A stretch of 58,817 nt of DNA from an uncultured virus (IMG/VR IMGVR_UViG_3300034021_000643) (IMGVR_UViG_3300034021_000643); one strand, 5' to 3'. Shown: positions 21,160 through 30,914, counted from the first letter of the stretch. Made by a program: numbers and translations. The notes: a model not told the origin generated them from the letters alone.

Positions 21160-22144
21160 TAGTATTTTTGACAACGCACGAATTTTAATTACAGGCGGCA
21201 CTGGCTCGTGGGGGCAAACACTGACTCGATTAATGCTTGAAAAACACAACCCTAAAGAAATTATTATTTTTTCAAGAGGTGAACTTCAGCAGGTATTAAT
21301 GCAACGTAAGTTTAAAAATCTCAATATCAAATACATCATAGGAGATGTTAGAGACTACGAAGCAGTTAAGTTTGCTACTAAGAATGTTGATTATATTTTT
21401 CACATGGCTGCTCTTAAACACGTACCTATCTGCGAAGATCAACCTCAGGAAGCTATTAAAACAAATGTAATAGGTACAACAAATGTTGTTAATGCTGCGA
21501 TTGAAAATCGTGTTAAAAAAGTCATCGATGTATCCACCGACAAGGCAGTTGAGCCATTGAACTTATACGGAATGACTAAAGCTGTGGGTGAAAAGTTGAT
21601 TATTCAAGCCAACGATCTAACCGATCATACTAGATTTGTCTGTGTACGTGGAGGCAATGTTATGGGATCTAATGGCAGTGTTATTCCATACTTTATAGAA
21701 CAGATCCGTAACGGTGGACCGGTTACTATCACTGATCTAAGAATGACTCGATTCTTCTTAACACTCGAAGAAGCTATTGGTTTACTATTTAAAGCTGCCG
21801 AAGAAAGTATAGGTGGTGAAACATTTGTAATGAATATGCCAGCGGCATACATCAAAGATATCGCAGACATTTTGATAGATGTCTACGGCGATGCAGAAAT
21901 TACAGAGATGGGGAGTAAACCCGGTGAAAAATTAGATGAGATGCTGATATCAAAACACGAAGCAGTAATGTCATACAAATATGACGATGCATATTTTGTG
22001 ATACTACCATTTAATCCTAAACAAACATTAATAGACAAGTATAGCAGCTTAGAGAAGTTTTCAGAAGAAGAGTTTAGTTCTAAAACATTTATTATGCAAC
22101 GCAATGCCATTAAAGAAATGCTTAAGAAAGGCAATTTTATATGA
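21152..22144 (+). CDS. UDP-GlcNAc 4,6-dehydratase (FnlA/WbvB/PseB family)
   Basis: TGGTGSWG, AALKHVP, STDKAV, YGMTK, GNVMGSNGSVIP, MTRF. Confidence 0.9.
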   Translation: MNDSIFDNARILITGGTGSWGQTLTRLMLEKHNPKEIIIFSRGELQQVLMQRKFKNLNIKYIIGDVRDYEAVKFATKNVDYIFHMAALKHVPICEDQPQEAIKTNVIGTTNVVNAAIENRVKKVIDVSTDKAVEPLNLYGMTKAVGEKLIIQANDLTDHTRFVCVRGGNVMGSNGSVIPYFIEQIRNGGPVTITDLRMTRFFLTLEEAIGLLFKAAEESIGGETFVMNMPAAYIKDIADILIDVYGDAEITEMGSKPGEKLDEMLISKHEAVMSYKYDDAYFVILPFNPKQTLIDKYSSLEKFSEEEFSSKTFIMQRNAIKEMLKKGNFI

Positions 22145-22956
22145 AAATCTTAGTAGTTGGCAGTAACGGTATGGCCGGTCATGTTATCACTCGATATCTC
22201 AAACAACAAGGCCACGATGTAAGCACACTGGCAAGATCTAATGCAGATCTTATTATAGATGTTGAGAATTTTGCAGAAATACAACGCCTCGGTGAAGTTA
22301 CAAATATTTTTGACTTTGTGATCAATTGTGTGGGATTGTTAGTTAAAGATAGTAACGATCGTCCGGATCGTGCTGCATTGATCAATGGTTGGTTTCCACA
22401 CTTTTTAGAACATACCTTTTTAAAAAGCAAAACACGAGTGGTTCACTTATCAACTGATTGTGTGTTTGATGGCAAGAAAGGAAACTATGTTGAATTAGAT
22501 ACACACACCGAAACTAACTTGTATGGCAAGTCGAAATCTCTAGGTGAAATTAACAACGATAAAGACGTTACTTTTAGAATGAGTATCATCGGACCTGAAA
22601 TAAAATCAAATGGCACAGGACTCTTTAATTGGATTGTCAATAATTCTGCAAGTGAATTGCAAGGATGGAACAATGCTTGGTGGAACGGCATCACTACCTT
22701 ACAGTTGGCAAAATGCATTGATCAATACATGCAAACTCCGGTAATTACGGGAGTGTATCATCTTGTTAACAATGATAATAAGATTAACAAATATGACTTG
22801 TTGTGTAAAATAAACGATATATTTGCTCTTAACAAAACCATTATACAAACACAAGGTCCAAAGCCCGTAAACAAAATCTTAATTGACACACGTAAATTAT
22901 TAGAGTTTAATATTTCCGATTACGATCAAATGCTTATTGAATTAAAAAATCTATGA
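22141..22956 (+). CDS. RmlD-like NDP-4-keto-6-deoxyhexose reductase
   Basis: GSNGMAG, STDCVFDG, YGKSK, RMSIIGPE. Confidence 0.85.
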   Translation: MKILVVGSNGMAGHVITRYLKQQGHDVSTLARSNADLIIDVENFAEIQRLGEVTNIFDFVINCVGLLVKDSNDRPDRAALINGWFPHFLEHTFLKSKTRVVHLSTDCVFDGKKGNYVELDTHTETNLYGKSKSLGEINNDKDVTFRMSIIGPEIKSNGTGLFNWIVNNSASELQGWNNAWWNGITTLQLAKCIDQYMQTPVITGVYHLVNNDNKINKYDLLCKINDIFALNKTIIQTQGPKPVNKILIDTRKLLEFNISDYDQMLIELKNL

Positions 22957-23636
22957 TTCTTCCTTCTTTGAATATACCGGCTCGATTAACGGGTAACTTT
23001 TTTTATTTTGCGGCAGATTCAAAATATTTTGATCTATATGGTAAAGCACTGGCCTTAAGTTTACTACAACATGCGCCGTGGGCAAAAGTTCATGTTCACT
23101 TGTATAATCCAACAGACAAACAACTAGAATGGTGTTCTCAAAAAAATATAAGTTACACCAACGAATTACTAGATGTTGATGATAAAGAATTTAATACCCT
23201 ATGTGCCTGCATTCGATTTATACGAATTCCGGAAATATTTGATCCAGCTGCAAAAATTATAAGTTTTGATTGTGATGTGATTGCCAATAAAACAATTCCA
23301 TTAATTAAATTTTTAGAGGCAACTAACATTAGTAAAATTACTATTAGAAAAGGTGGCAAATCGTTAGCCAGTGCAATATCGTTTGGAGATGATGATTTTA
23401 GAAATACTTATAGCACTAGATTACAAGAAAGTTTCAAACAAGGAAACATTTATTGGTTTTTAGATCAAGATATATTAGATGCTATGATGATAGAAAAATC
23501 AATACCTCGATTAAGTTCTGAATGGACCGGTACAAAAATGACCCCCGAACGAATGATATGGACTGCTAAAGGATCTAGAAAACATGAAAACGAACAGTAT
23601 GTAAACTTATTAAATTTTTATAATTCGCAGGTATAA
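22953..23636 (+). CDS. Putative glycosyltransferase-like protein
   Basis: HVHLYNP, FDCD (DxD), WFLDQ; resembles 26060..26821. Confidence 0.55.
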   Translation: MILPSLNIPARLTGNFFYFAADSKYFDLYGKALALSLLQHAPWAKVHVHLYNPTDKQLEWCSQKNISYTNELLDVDDKEFNTLCACIRFIRIPEIFDPAAKIISFDCDVIANKTIPLIKFLEATNISKITIRKGGKSLASAISFGDDDFRNTYSTRLQESFKQGNIYWFLDQDILDAMMIEKSIPRLSSEWTGTKMTPERMIWTAKGSRKHENEQYVNLLNFYNSQV

Positions 23637-23689
23637 AAAGGTTAGCAGGGTTCGAAATTTGTGTTAAAATTTATAGATTAGGAAATAAA

Positions 23690-23950
23690 ATGGGAAAATT
23701 AACACCAAGTGCTACATATATCTACGAACGCAACGGCGAAGAAATCTATGCCAGAGAAGTTGGTAAATTAGAACGAACGATGATTGGAAAATATATCGAC
23801 CCATTTAACGAAAATATAACCATCAATTATGAGTTAGAAAATACTTGGAAAGATATTTTAAGAGAATCTCGGACGAATCCCACTTTACAAGAAGCCCTAG
23901 AACGTGTTAAAATATTGTATCACTTGAGCAAAGACCATGGCCAAAAATAA
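23690..23950 (+). CDS. Hypothetical protein
   Basis: RBS agga; 86 aa. Confidence 0.7.
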   Translation: MGKLTPSATYIYERNGEEIYAREVGKLERTMIGKYIDPFNENITINYELENTWKDILRESRTNPTLQEALERVKILYHLSKDHGQK

Positions 23951-24416
23951 ACACGTAGATCTATTCAAAGATATCATACCCTGTGTTGATCAGGGAATCA
24001 AAGAACTCTGGGACGCTGCCACAGAAGAAGGCCGAAAAGAAATCAAAGGAGATCTATGGAATCTCAATAGATATATCAGCAGTGTATCGGGCTCTGATAG
24101 AGAAATACAAGAACACTATCTGCTCACTGTAAATCAATACTACAACAAAAACTGGGCCAACATTAGCCAACACCCTAAACTGCAATGGCTGACATTAGTG
24201 GCTTGCAGTCACGAATCTAAAGCCAAACAGTTTCATGAATGGATTCCTCTGAAAAAAGAAAAGAACAGGAAAGAAGAATTTCTTGCCACGATATTTCCAA
24301 CTATGAAAAGGGCAGACATTGCTACACTTGCAGCCATCACTACAGATCGAGAAATCAAAGACTATTGTCAAACCCTTGGATGGGACAAAAAAGAAGTCAA
24401 TGCAATTAAATTTTAA
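23937..24416 (+). CDS. Possible clamp-loader small subunit (gp62-like)
   Basis: LWNLNRYISS..HPKLQW..FHEWI pattern resembles gp62; replication context. Confidence 0.45.
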   Translation: MAKNKHVDLFKDIIPCVDQGIKELWDAATEEGRKEIKGDLWNLNRYISSVSGSDREIQEHYLLTVNQYYNKNWANISQHPKLQWLTLVACSHESKAKQFHEWIPLKKEKNRKEEFLATIFPTMKRADIATLAAITTDREIKDYCQTLGWDKKEVNAIKF

Positions 24417-25083
24417 GTGCGAACATTGCAATAAATTATTTGCCAAAGAAAAAACTTTGGTAGTGCATATTTGTGAACAAAAGCGTCGCCATCTTAGCCG
24501 CAATGAAAAACATGTGCTAATGGGATTGTTGACATTCCAAAGATTCTATCAGCTCACACAAAAAGCACAACAGCCCAAGACCTTTGAAGAGTTTGCCACT
24601 TCTAGTTTCTATACAGCCTTTGTGAAATTTGGCAGTTTCTTGGTTAATACAGCGCCTATATATCCTGAGCGATTTGTAGACTACGTGGTCAAGAGCGGAG
24701 TTAAACTAGATCATTGGTGCAGAGATGAATTGTATCAAAGCTATATCGCAGATTTAATCAAAGTAGAGCCTGCTGATGGTGCCATACAACGCAGTATCAT
24801 GACCATGATGTCATGGGCGGAATCAAACTCTGCAGCATGGGAACATTATTTTGCCTATGTAAATCTAAACAGAGCCACTCATGATATCAAAGAAGGATTA
24901 GTAAGTCCTTGGATGATATTGAATACTCGATCAGGCAAAGAAATGTTGACCCGCATGAACGATGAACAATTAGAAATCATCGGGCCTATGATAGATCCTC
25001 AGTTTTGGTTGCGTAGATTTAAAGCTCTGCCAGCAGATCATGAATTAGTAAAAGATGTCATCAAGGAGGCCAAAATACTGTGA
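24400..25083 (+). CDS. Hypothetical protein with N-terminal C2H2-like zinc finger
   Basis: FKCEHCNKLFAKEKTLVVHIC. Confidence 0.7.
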   Translation: MQLNFKCEHCNKLFAKEKTLVVHICEQKRRHLSRNEKHVLMGLLTFQRFYQLTQKAQQPKTFEEFATSSFYTAFVKFGSFLVNTAPIYPERFVDYVVKSGVKLDHWCRDELYQSYIADLIKVEPADGAIQRSIMTMMSWAESNSAAWEHYFAYVNLNRATHDIKEGLVSPWMILNTRSGKEMLTRMNDEQLEIIGPMIDPQFWLRRFKALPADHELVKDVIKEAKIL

Positions 25084-25277
25084 CTGAAGAAAACAAACAA
25101 GAATTAATTTCTAGTGATGACATAGATATAGAAGTAATGACTACAGAAGAAGATAGTGAACACTGTGTATATGTTAAATTTTCAAACTTTGCAGATGAAG
25201 AATCTGCAGAAGAATATGCAGCATTTTTAGCAGAGACACTTCCGTTGTTGCTATTCGAAACAACAAGGATGCAGTAA
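25080..25277 (+). CDS. Hypothetical acidic protein
   Basis: GTGA-coupled ORF. Confidence 0.6.
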   Translation: MTEENKQELISSDDIDIEVMTTEEDSEHCVYVKFSNFADEESAEEYAAFLAETLPLLLFETTRMQ

Positions 25278-25489
25278 TGTCAAGACAACTCATAGACGGA
25301 ACCACAGTTCAAGAATACAATACGGCAGTAGAATTAACAATTACAACTAAATGCCCAGAGAAATGGTTGTTGGTTGATAGAGAGACTGGCGAGATATATA
25401 CTCCTTACACCACACCCGGGCCTAGACAGTGGAAGAAGATAGACTATGCTACATGGACTCCACCCGCAGAGATCAAAAACAATGCCTGA
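25277..25489 (+). CDS. Hypothetical protein
   Basis: TAATG-coupled; ITTKCPEKWLLVDRETG. Confidence 0.65.
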   Translation: MSRQLIDGTTVQEYNTAVELTITTKCPEKWLLVDRETGEIYTPYTTPGPRQWKKIDYATWTPPAEIKNNA

Positions 25490-26060
25490 TATCGACATAG
25501 ACTTTGTAGACAGAGCCCATGCTCTAAAGTTATTCAAGCATGTGCCAGCCAGCCGTGTTGACAACGAAACTCTGACCAAACACAACACCGGTGTGTATTT
25601 ACATAGTGTTCCAATGAATGCTGAGAAAGCTGTGTGCAGTATACCATACGATCATGCAGCAGCCGAAGAATATTTCAAGATTGATTTTTTAAATGTTGGC
25701 ATTTACAAAGGTGTTCGAGATGAGGCGCACCTTATTCAACTCATGGAGACTGAGCCATTATGGGATCTACTACAAGACGAAGAGTTTATCCAGAATCTGT
25801 TTCATGTGAACGGTCATGGATCTATACTAAGAAAGATGGAACCAAAATCTATCGAACAACTAGCAGCCGTTTTAGCGATGATCCGACCAGCGAAACGTTA
25901 TCTGATTGGGAAAGAATGGACCACGGTGATGACGGAAGTTTGGACGAAACCCGACAATGAAGAATATTTCTTCAAACAATCGCATGCCACTGCCTATGCT
26001 GTAGCTATTGTGGTGCAGATGAATTTGATCTGTGAGCAGATCAGTTACGGGTATAGTTAA
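25482..26060 (+). CDS. Miniature DNA polymerase III alpha (DnaE, family C)-like protein
   Basis: PDIDIDF, KHNTGVY, FKIDFL, LAMIRP, FKQSHATAYA correspond to DnaE motifs in 192 aa. Confidence 0.8.
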   Translation: MPDIDIDFVDRAHALKLFKHVPASRVDNETLTKHNTGVYLHSVPMNAEKAVCSIPYDHAAAEEYFKIDFLNVGIYKGVRDEAHLIQLMETEPLWDLLQDEEFIQNLFHVNGHGSILRKMEPKSIEQLAAVLAMIRPAKRYLIGKEWTTVMTEVWTKPDNEEYFFKQSHATAYAVAIVVQMNLICEQISYGYS

Positions 26061-26821
26061 TGTTTTTTCAAGATGTAGAATTAATTTCTAGACCAAACGG
26101 TAGAGAAAAAGTAATTTTTCAATGTGATGAGAATTATTTTATAAATTATGGAATTTATAATTTATTTTCTTGCGACAATCACGGTCACGACGTTCATTTA
26201 CATTTAATAAATCCTTCCGATTTACTACTTGAGCAAATTAAAAATTTAAAATTATCAATCGATCTTTCAATTAGTAAAGAGAAGTTAACAACTACAAATA
26301 TTAATTTTTATAAACTAAAAAGTTATTATTTTTGTTCGAGATATTTTATTTCTAATCTATTGTTCGAACAAAATTTAATTTCTAAAGCATACATAGTAGA
26401 CGCAGATATTATTTTTAATGAAAGAATAAATTTTGACAATAGCGTAGAGTTGGGTATTCTATATTATCCACAGTATGATACTTTGTGGAAGAAAACCGGA
26501 GCTAATTTTCTTTATGTTACTGACAAAAGAAAAAACTTTATAAAAAATATTGTAAATTTATACAACGAAAAAATTCAACATATTCCGTTTGAAACTATTA
26601 CCGAAAATATGGAAAAACTGCAAAGAGCGAATATGTATGGATTAGATCAGGTCTGCATGTCGGAACTAATAACTCAAGAACACGATTTTTTTAATTTGTG
26701 CAATTTAGAAAATTTTGTAACTAAAAAGCAAGATTCTAAGATTTGGTCTCTAACAGGTCCTTGGAAAAAGAATCCCGATATAAAAAAATTATTAGAAAAA
26801 CAAGTTAACCGATCTTTCTAA
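26060..26821 (+). CDS. Putative glycosyltransferase-like protein, very AT-rich
   Basis: HLHLINP, VDAD, GLDQ; paralog-like to 22953..23636. Confidence 0.55.
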   Translation: MFFQDVELISRPNGREKVIFQCDENYFINYGIYNLFSCDNHGHDVHLHLINPSDLLLEQIKNLKLSIDLSISKEKLTTTNINFYKLKSYYFCSRYFISNLLFEQNLISKAYIVDADIIFNERINFDNSVELGILYYPQYDTLWKKTGANFLYVTDKRKNFIKNIVNLYNEKIQHIPFETITENMEKLQRANMYGLDQVCMSELITQEHDFFNLCNLENFVTKKQDSKIWSLTGPWKKNPDIKKLLEKQVNRSF

Positions 26822-27176
26822 CTAGAGTAATCGACTTACGCTTGATTCGTTTGACAATAATGTCATTTAAACTAGTGCAGGGACCGTGCATGAGTTTGAC
26901 ATCTTTAGTTGAAAAATTTCTAATTACGTATCGAAATTCAATGATTTCTCTGGCCAAGAAAATGTTGATAGGAATTTGCCTGTTCGACTCCCACCACCAG
27001 GCTTCGCCTAGTTCTAGAAATCGCTGTTTTTCCTCGTCTGTTTTTATCATAGAATAGTCATACATACTAGTGACTTGAGCATCTTGGTTAATAATGATGC
27101 CCACATATTCATGGTTAACATGCACTATAACACTGATAAAGGGAAAATTTTCTTGTAGGTTAGTTGTTATTCTCAT
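26805..27176 (-). CDS. Hypothetical phage protein
   Basis: 123-aa ORF, YVGIIIN..WWWESNRQIPI. Confidence 0.7.
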   Translation of the reverse strand: MRITTNLQENFPFISVIVHVNHEYVGIIINQDAQVTSMYDYSMIKTDEEKQRFLELGEAWWWESNRQIPINIFLAREIIEFRYVIRNFSTKDVKLMHGPCTSLNDIIVKRIKRKSITLVRKIG

Positions 27177-27207
27177 TCGATAAATACTGCTAAAGGTCCG
27201 TTAGTGT

Positions 27208-28290
27208 ATGCAATTTAATCCTGTTTATTTATATGTCAACAAACTCGATGTATTTACCACCCCGGCGGACACTTGGTCAACTGAGAGGTATCGCAGAGTG
27301 TATAACAGAAATCTAAAAATATTTCGAGGTGTTGATAATCGCATTGACATCCAAGTTCGTAATAGTGATCAAAAGGCCAGCAACATTGCGGGCAGCACTT
27401 TGGTATTTAATCTCGTCAGTCAAGACACTAAAGATTTAGTGCTACAAAAAGACTTCACTGCTATGGATCTTGCTACCGGCAAGGTCACTGTGATTGTTAC
27501 TGCCGACGAACTGCTGGATCTTAATACAGGATTCTATAACTACAGCATAGTCAAAGAAGTTCGATCTACAGTAGACAGCACAGACTATATAGTAAATTCT
27601 AAAATGCCTTTATATATGGACAGCCAATATGATACTATAGGCACCTTAGAAATCACTGGCGATGTATACGGCGGGGTAGCAGACAGTGTAATAGTAGACA
27701 CATTTAATTATACCAATCCTTTCACTCAAGGTGCCACTGATCCTCAACCATTTTACACCAGTGCTATTATAGATGCTCGTCCTAAAACATCGCCAGCCTA
27801 TCCTATTCACACATTTCAATTTTACTCTACTAATTACAAAGGCACAGTAGAGATACAGGCCAGTTTAGACGATCAAGGAGCCACACCAAGAGAGACTAAA
27901 TGGATCACAGTGTCTACCGTGGATCTTGATACCGAACAGTATAAAAACGTCACAGGCAAGTATAATTGGTTTAGAATCAAACACACTCCAGGCGAAATTT
28001 CCAGCGTCGCAAGATTTACCATAGCTCAAACTCTTCTACTAACATATAATGTTACTATTGGTGAGATTGGCAAAGGTTATGATGTAGGTGATATTATTGT
28101 CATCACAGGTAATAAATTGGGTGGAGAATTGGGAACCAATGATCTCACTATCACGGTTTCTGCTGTTAATGCAGACGGCGGCATTACTGGATTTACATAT
28201 ACCGGCCTTTCATATAATGGAGTCAAAACATTTGTGTTAAATGACTCTAATATTCCTGTTGGAACCATTGACAAGATACTGTATAGATAG
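27208..28290 (+). CDS. Probable virion structural protein (tail/baseplate-type)
   Basis: Beta-rich, Thr/Gly-rich; 'GKGYDVGDIIVITGNKLGG' typical of tail proteins; late promoter at 27181. Confidence 0.6.
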   Translation: MQFNPVYLYVNKLDVFTTPADTWSTERYRRVYNRNLKIFRGVDNRIDIQVRNSDQKASNIAGSTLVFNLVSQDTKDLVLQKDFTAMDLATGKVTVIVTADELLDLNTGFYNYSIVKEVRSTVDSTDYIVNSKMPLYMDSQYDTIGTLEITGDVYGGVADSVIVDTFNYTNPFTQGATDPQPFYTSAIIDARPKTSPAYPIHTFQFYSTNYKGTVEIQASLDDQGATPRETKWITVSTVDLDTEQYKNVTGKYNWFRIKHTPGEISSVARFTIAQTLLLTYNVTIGEIGKGYDVGDIIVITGNKLGGELGTNDLTITVSAVNADGGITGFTYTGLSYNGVKTFVLNDSNIPVGTIDKILYR

Positions 28291-28296
28291 TATACT
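28268..28296 (+). promoter_or_regulatory. Sigma70-type promoter, leaderless start of primase
   Basis: TTGACA-N17-TATACT; ATG 6 nt downstream. Confidence 0.75.
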
Positions 28297-28302
28297 TGTA
28301 GT

Positions 28303-29322
28303 ATGACTCTTGTCGTTGATAAATTTCGAACACTGCTCCCACCTCGTGCTAAATCGAGCCCATCAGGATGGACATCATTCAATGCACCCTGCTGTCAACA
28401 TCGAGGGCATAGTCCTGATACTCGCAAACGTGCCGGCATAAGATTTGACGGTGATGGTGTAATCTATAACTGTTTCAATTGCAAATTTACCACAGGGTGG
28501 CAACCTGGTAGCACCATAGGCGAAAAGATGAAAACGCTGTGCAGATGGTTAGGCGCCAGCGAAGACACTATTAAAGAACTAGTGTTCGAAGCCATGAGAA
28601 CAGAAGGCGATGATTACCGCCCAGAACACCAGGAAATCAAGCTAGAATTCACAGACAAACAATTACCAGAGGGTGCAATGCCTTTGTTAGAATGGCTAGA
28701 TGCTAAATTAACTACTGAAGAAGAGCAAAAGTTAGTAGAAGTTGTTGAATATGTAGTTAGTAGAGGATACGATCCCACTAGCGAAAACTTCTACTGGAGT
28801 CCCGCACCAGGATATGTTGATAGAGTAATTATTCCCTTTAGGTGGCAAGGACGTATTGTAGGTAATACTGCAAGAAAAGTAACTGCCGGAAAACCTAAAT
28901 ATCTATCAGATCAGCATCCTCATTTTGTTTTCAATTTTGATCAACAAAAAGAAAATCAGAAGTATATATTTGTGTGTGAAGGCCCGTTTGATGCCTTGGC
29001 CATTGACGGTGTAGCCCTTCTTACCAACGAGATTGCCGAACAACAAAGTAGAATAATTAACAGTCTAGGTGCAGAAGTTATTGTGATCCCAGACCAAGAT
29101 CGAGCAGGATTGGTGTTGTATGATCGTGCAGCAGAACTTGGTTGGTCAGTGGCTATACCAAATTGGGATGCCGATGTCAAAGATGTAGCAGATGCAGTAT
29201 ATCGTTATGGGAAGTTATTTGTGCTTGTAGATGCAATAAAAACAGCACAACAAGGACAGATTAAAATTAACATGGCCAAGAAACAACAAGAACATAAATT
29301 AGAAAGGTTAGAAAATGTTTAA
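28303..29322 (+). CDS. gp61: DNA primase
   Basis: Zn-binding PCC..YNCFNC; TOPRIM CEGPFDA, PDQDRAG, KDVAD. Confidence 0.9.
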   Translation: MTLVVDKFRTLLPPRAKSSPSGWTSFNAPCCQHRGHSPDTRKRAGIRFDGDGVIYNCFNCKFTTGWQPGSTIGEKMKTLCRWLGASEDTIKELVFEAMRTEGDDYRPEHQEIKLEFTDKQLPEGAMPLLEWLDAKLTTEEEQKLVEVVEYVVSRGYDPTSENFYWSPAPGYVDRVIIPFRWQGRIVGNTARKVTAGKPKYLSDQHPHFVFNFDQQKENQKYIFVCEGPFDALAIDGVALLTNEIAEQQSRIINSLGAEVIVIPDQDRAGLVLYDRAAELGWSVAIPNWDADVKDVADAVYRYGKLFVLVDAIKTAQQGQIKINMAKKQQEHKLERLENV

Positions 29323-29431
29323 AAAAATTATAGATTTTCTGCTCTACCCTTGGAACAGATATCAAGAACACCGAAGATTCAAACGTAGATTAAAAGAGCT
29401 ACGTAAACGTGATCCTTTTATCTACAAATGA
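29315..29431 (+). CDS. Small basic protein (38 aa; not in ORF track)
   Basis: MFKKIIDFLLYPW...KRRLKELRKRDPFIYK; overlaps primase stop and next ATG (ATGA). Confidence 0.6.
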   Translation: MFKKIIDFLLYPWNRYQEHRRFKRRLKELRKRDPFIYK

Positions 29432-30897
29432 TTACCTGGGGAATTTCTGCCGCTAGTCACAACGCTGCATTAGCAGTGTTTGAAGACGACAAATTGATTT
29501 TCGCTAGTGAAAGCGAAAGATTCAGCGGAATAAAAAACGATGCCGATCTAGATCAAAAACTAGTAGATCATGCACGAACGTTTGGCGAGCCTGATCTTGT
29601 GTGTTGGTATGAACGTCCTTGGTTAAAAACCCTAAGACAGCTCACTGCCGGGCAAGGATGGCAGAATAATAATGTAAAAGATTATCTTAGAAAGTTTAAC
29701 ATTCGAGCACCAATCAAAACTTTTGGACATCATCAAACACATGCCGCCGCAGGATATTATACCAGCGAATTTGACAATGCCTGTGTGCTAGTAATCGATG
29801 CCATTGGTGAATTTGAATGCCTAACACAATGGGATGCTGTTGGTAATAACTTACATAAACGGTATAGTCTAGAATATCCAAATAGTCTAGGATTGTTTTA
29901 TTCCGCAATGACACAACGCTGCGGACTAAAACCCAACGAAGAAGAATATATCTTAATGGGCATGGCAGCATTGGGAAATCCAAAAAGATTTCTCAGAGAT
30001 CTACTAGATGATTTTGTTAGTTTACCCAATGACGATTATGAGCATGTTTACAGGATCAAACAAAATCTACATCGTGGATGCACATGGTGGCGACCTGAAT
30101 TAACAACACAGCAAGATTTTTACGATATAGCAGCAGCCACACAAGCTGTGTATGAAATGGCATTTGAGAGAGCGTTGCAGCAGGCCGTAAGATCTAGTTC
30201 AAGTAGAAATCTAGTGTTGATGGGCGGTTGCGCTCTAAACTGTGCAGCTAATCCCATAGCCTACAAATATTTTGATCGAGTTTGGATCATGCCTGCACCC
30301 GGCGACAGTGGCAGCAGTATTGGTGCAGTATTGGCACATAAGAAAAAACACATAGAATGGACTGGTCCGTATTTGGGATATGACATGGGGTATATCTCCA
30401 GCAACGAAGATATCGTGACACATTTACTCGAATACAAGATGTGTGGTCTTGCTCGAGGCCCTGCAGAGTTTGGGCCCAGAGCGTTGGGTAACCGCAGTTT
30501 GATAGCCGATCCACGTGGTTCGGAAATCAAGGTCGCAATTAACCAGATAAAGCATCGTGAGCAGTTCAGACCCTTCGCTCCTGCAATATTAGAAGAATTC
30601 GCAAATCAGTACTTTAAAATGCCAACAGAATCAACGACTTACATGCAATATATTTCGCCTTGTTTGAAATCTGAGTCTTTTCCGGCCATAGTGCATCTAG
30701 ACAATACCAGCCGTGTGCAGACGGTTAATAAGACTGATAATCCTCAGTTCCGCGCCTTGTTAGAGCTTTGGTATGCAAAGACTGGTTGTCCTATGTTGTT
30801 GAATACCAGCCTAAACATCAAAGGCAAGCCTATGGTTAATGATGCTGCTGATGCAGAAAGCTGGACCCAACTGCATGGTTTACCTGTGTTCAACTAG
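29428..30897 (+). CDS. Carbamoyltransferase (NodU/CmcH/TobZ family)
   Basis: SERFSGIKN, HHQTHAA, DAIGE, GGCALNC, PGDSGSSIG, EFGPRALGNRS, RPFAP, NTSLN. Confidence 0.93.
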   Translation: MITWGISAASHNAALAVFEDDKLIFASESERFSGIKNDADLDQKLVDHARTFGEPDLVCWYERPWLKTLRQLTAGQGWQNNNVKDYLRKFNIRAPIKTFGHHQTHAAAGYYTSEFDNACVLVIDAIGEFECLTQWDAVGNNLHKRYSLEYPNSLGLFYSAMTQRCGLKPNEEEYILMGMAALGNPKRFLRDLLDDFVSLPNDDYEHVYRIKQNLHRGCTWWRPELTTQQDFYDIAAATQAVYEMAFERALQQAVRSSSSRNLVLMGGCALNCAANPIAYKYFDRVWIMPAPGDSGSSIGAVLAHKKKHIEWTGPYLGYDMGYISSNEDIVTHLLEYKMCGLARGPAEFGPRALGNRSLIADPRGSEIKVAINQIKHREQFRPFAPAILEEFANQYFKMPTESTTYMQYISPCLKSESFPAIVHLDNTSRVQTVNKTDNPQFRALLELWYAKTGCPMLLNTSLNIKGKPMVNDAADAESWTQLHGLPVFN

Positions 30898-30914
30898 AGT
30901 GTATAATATAATAT

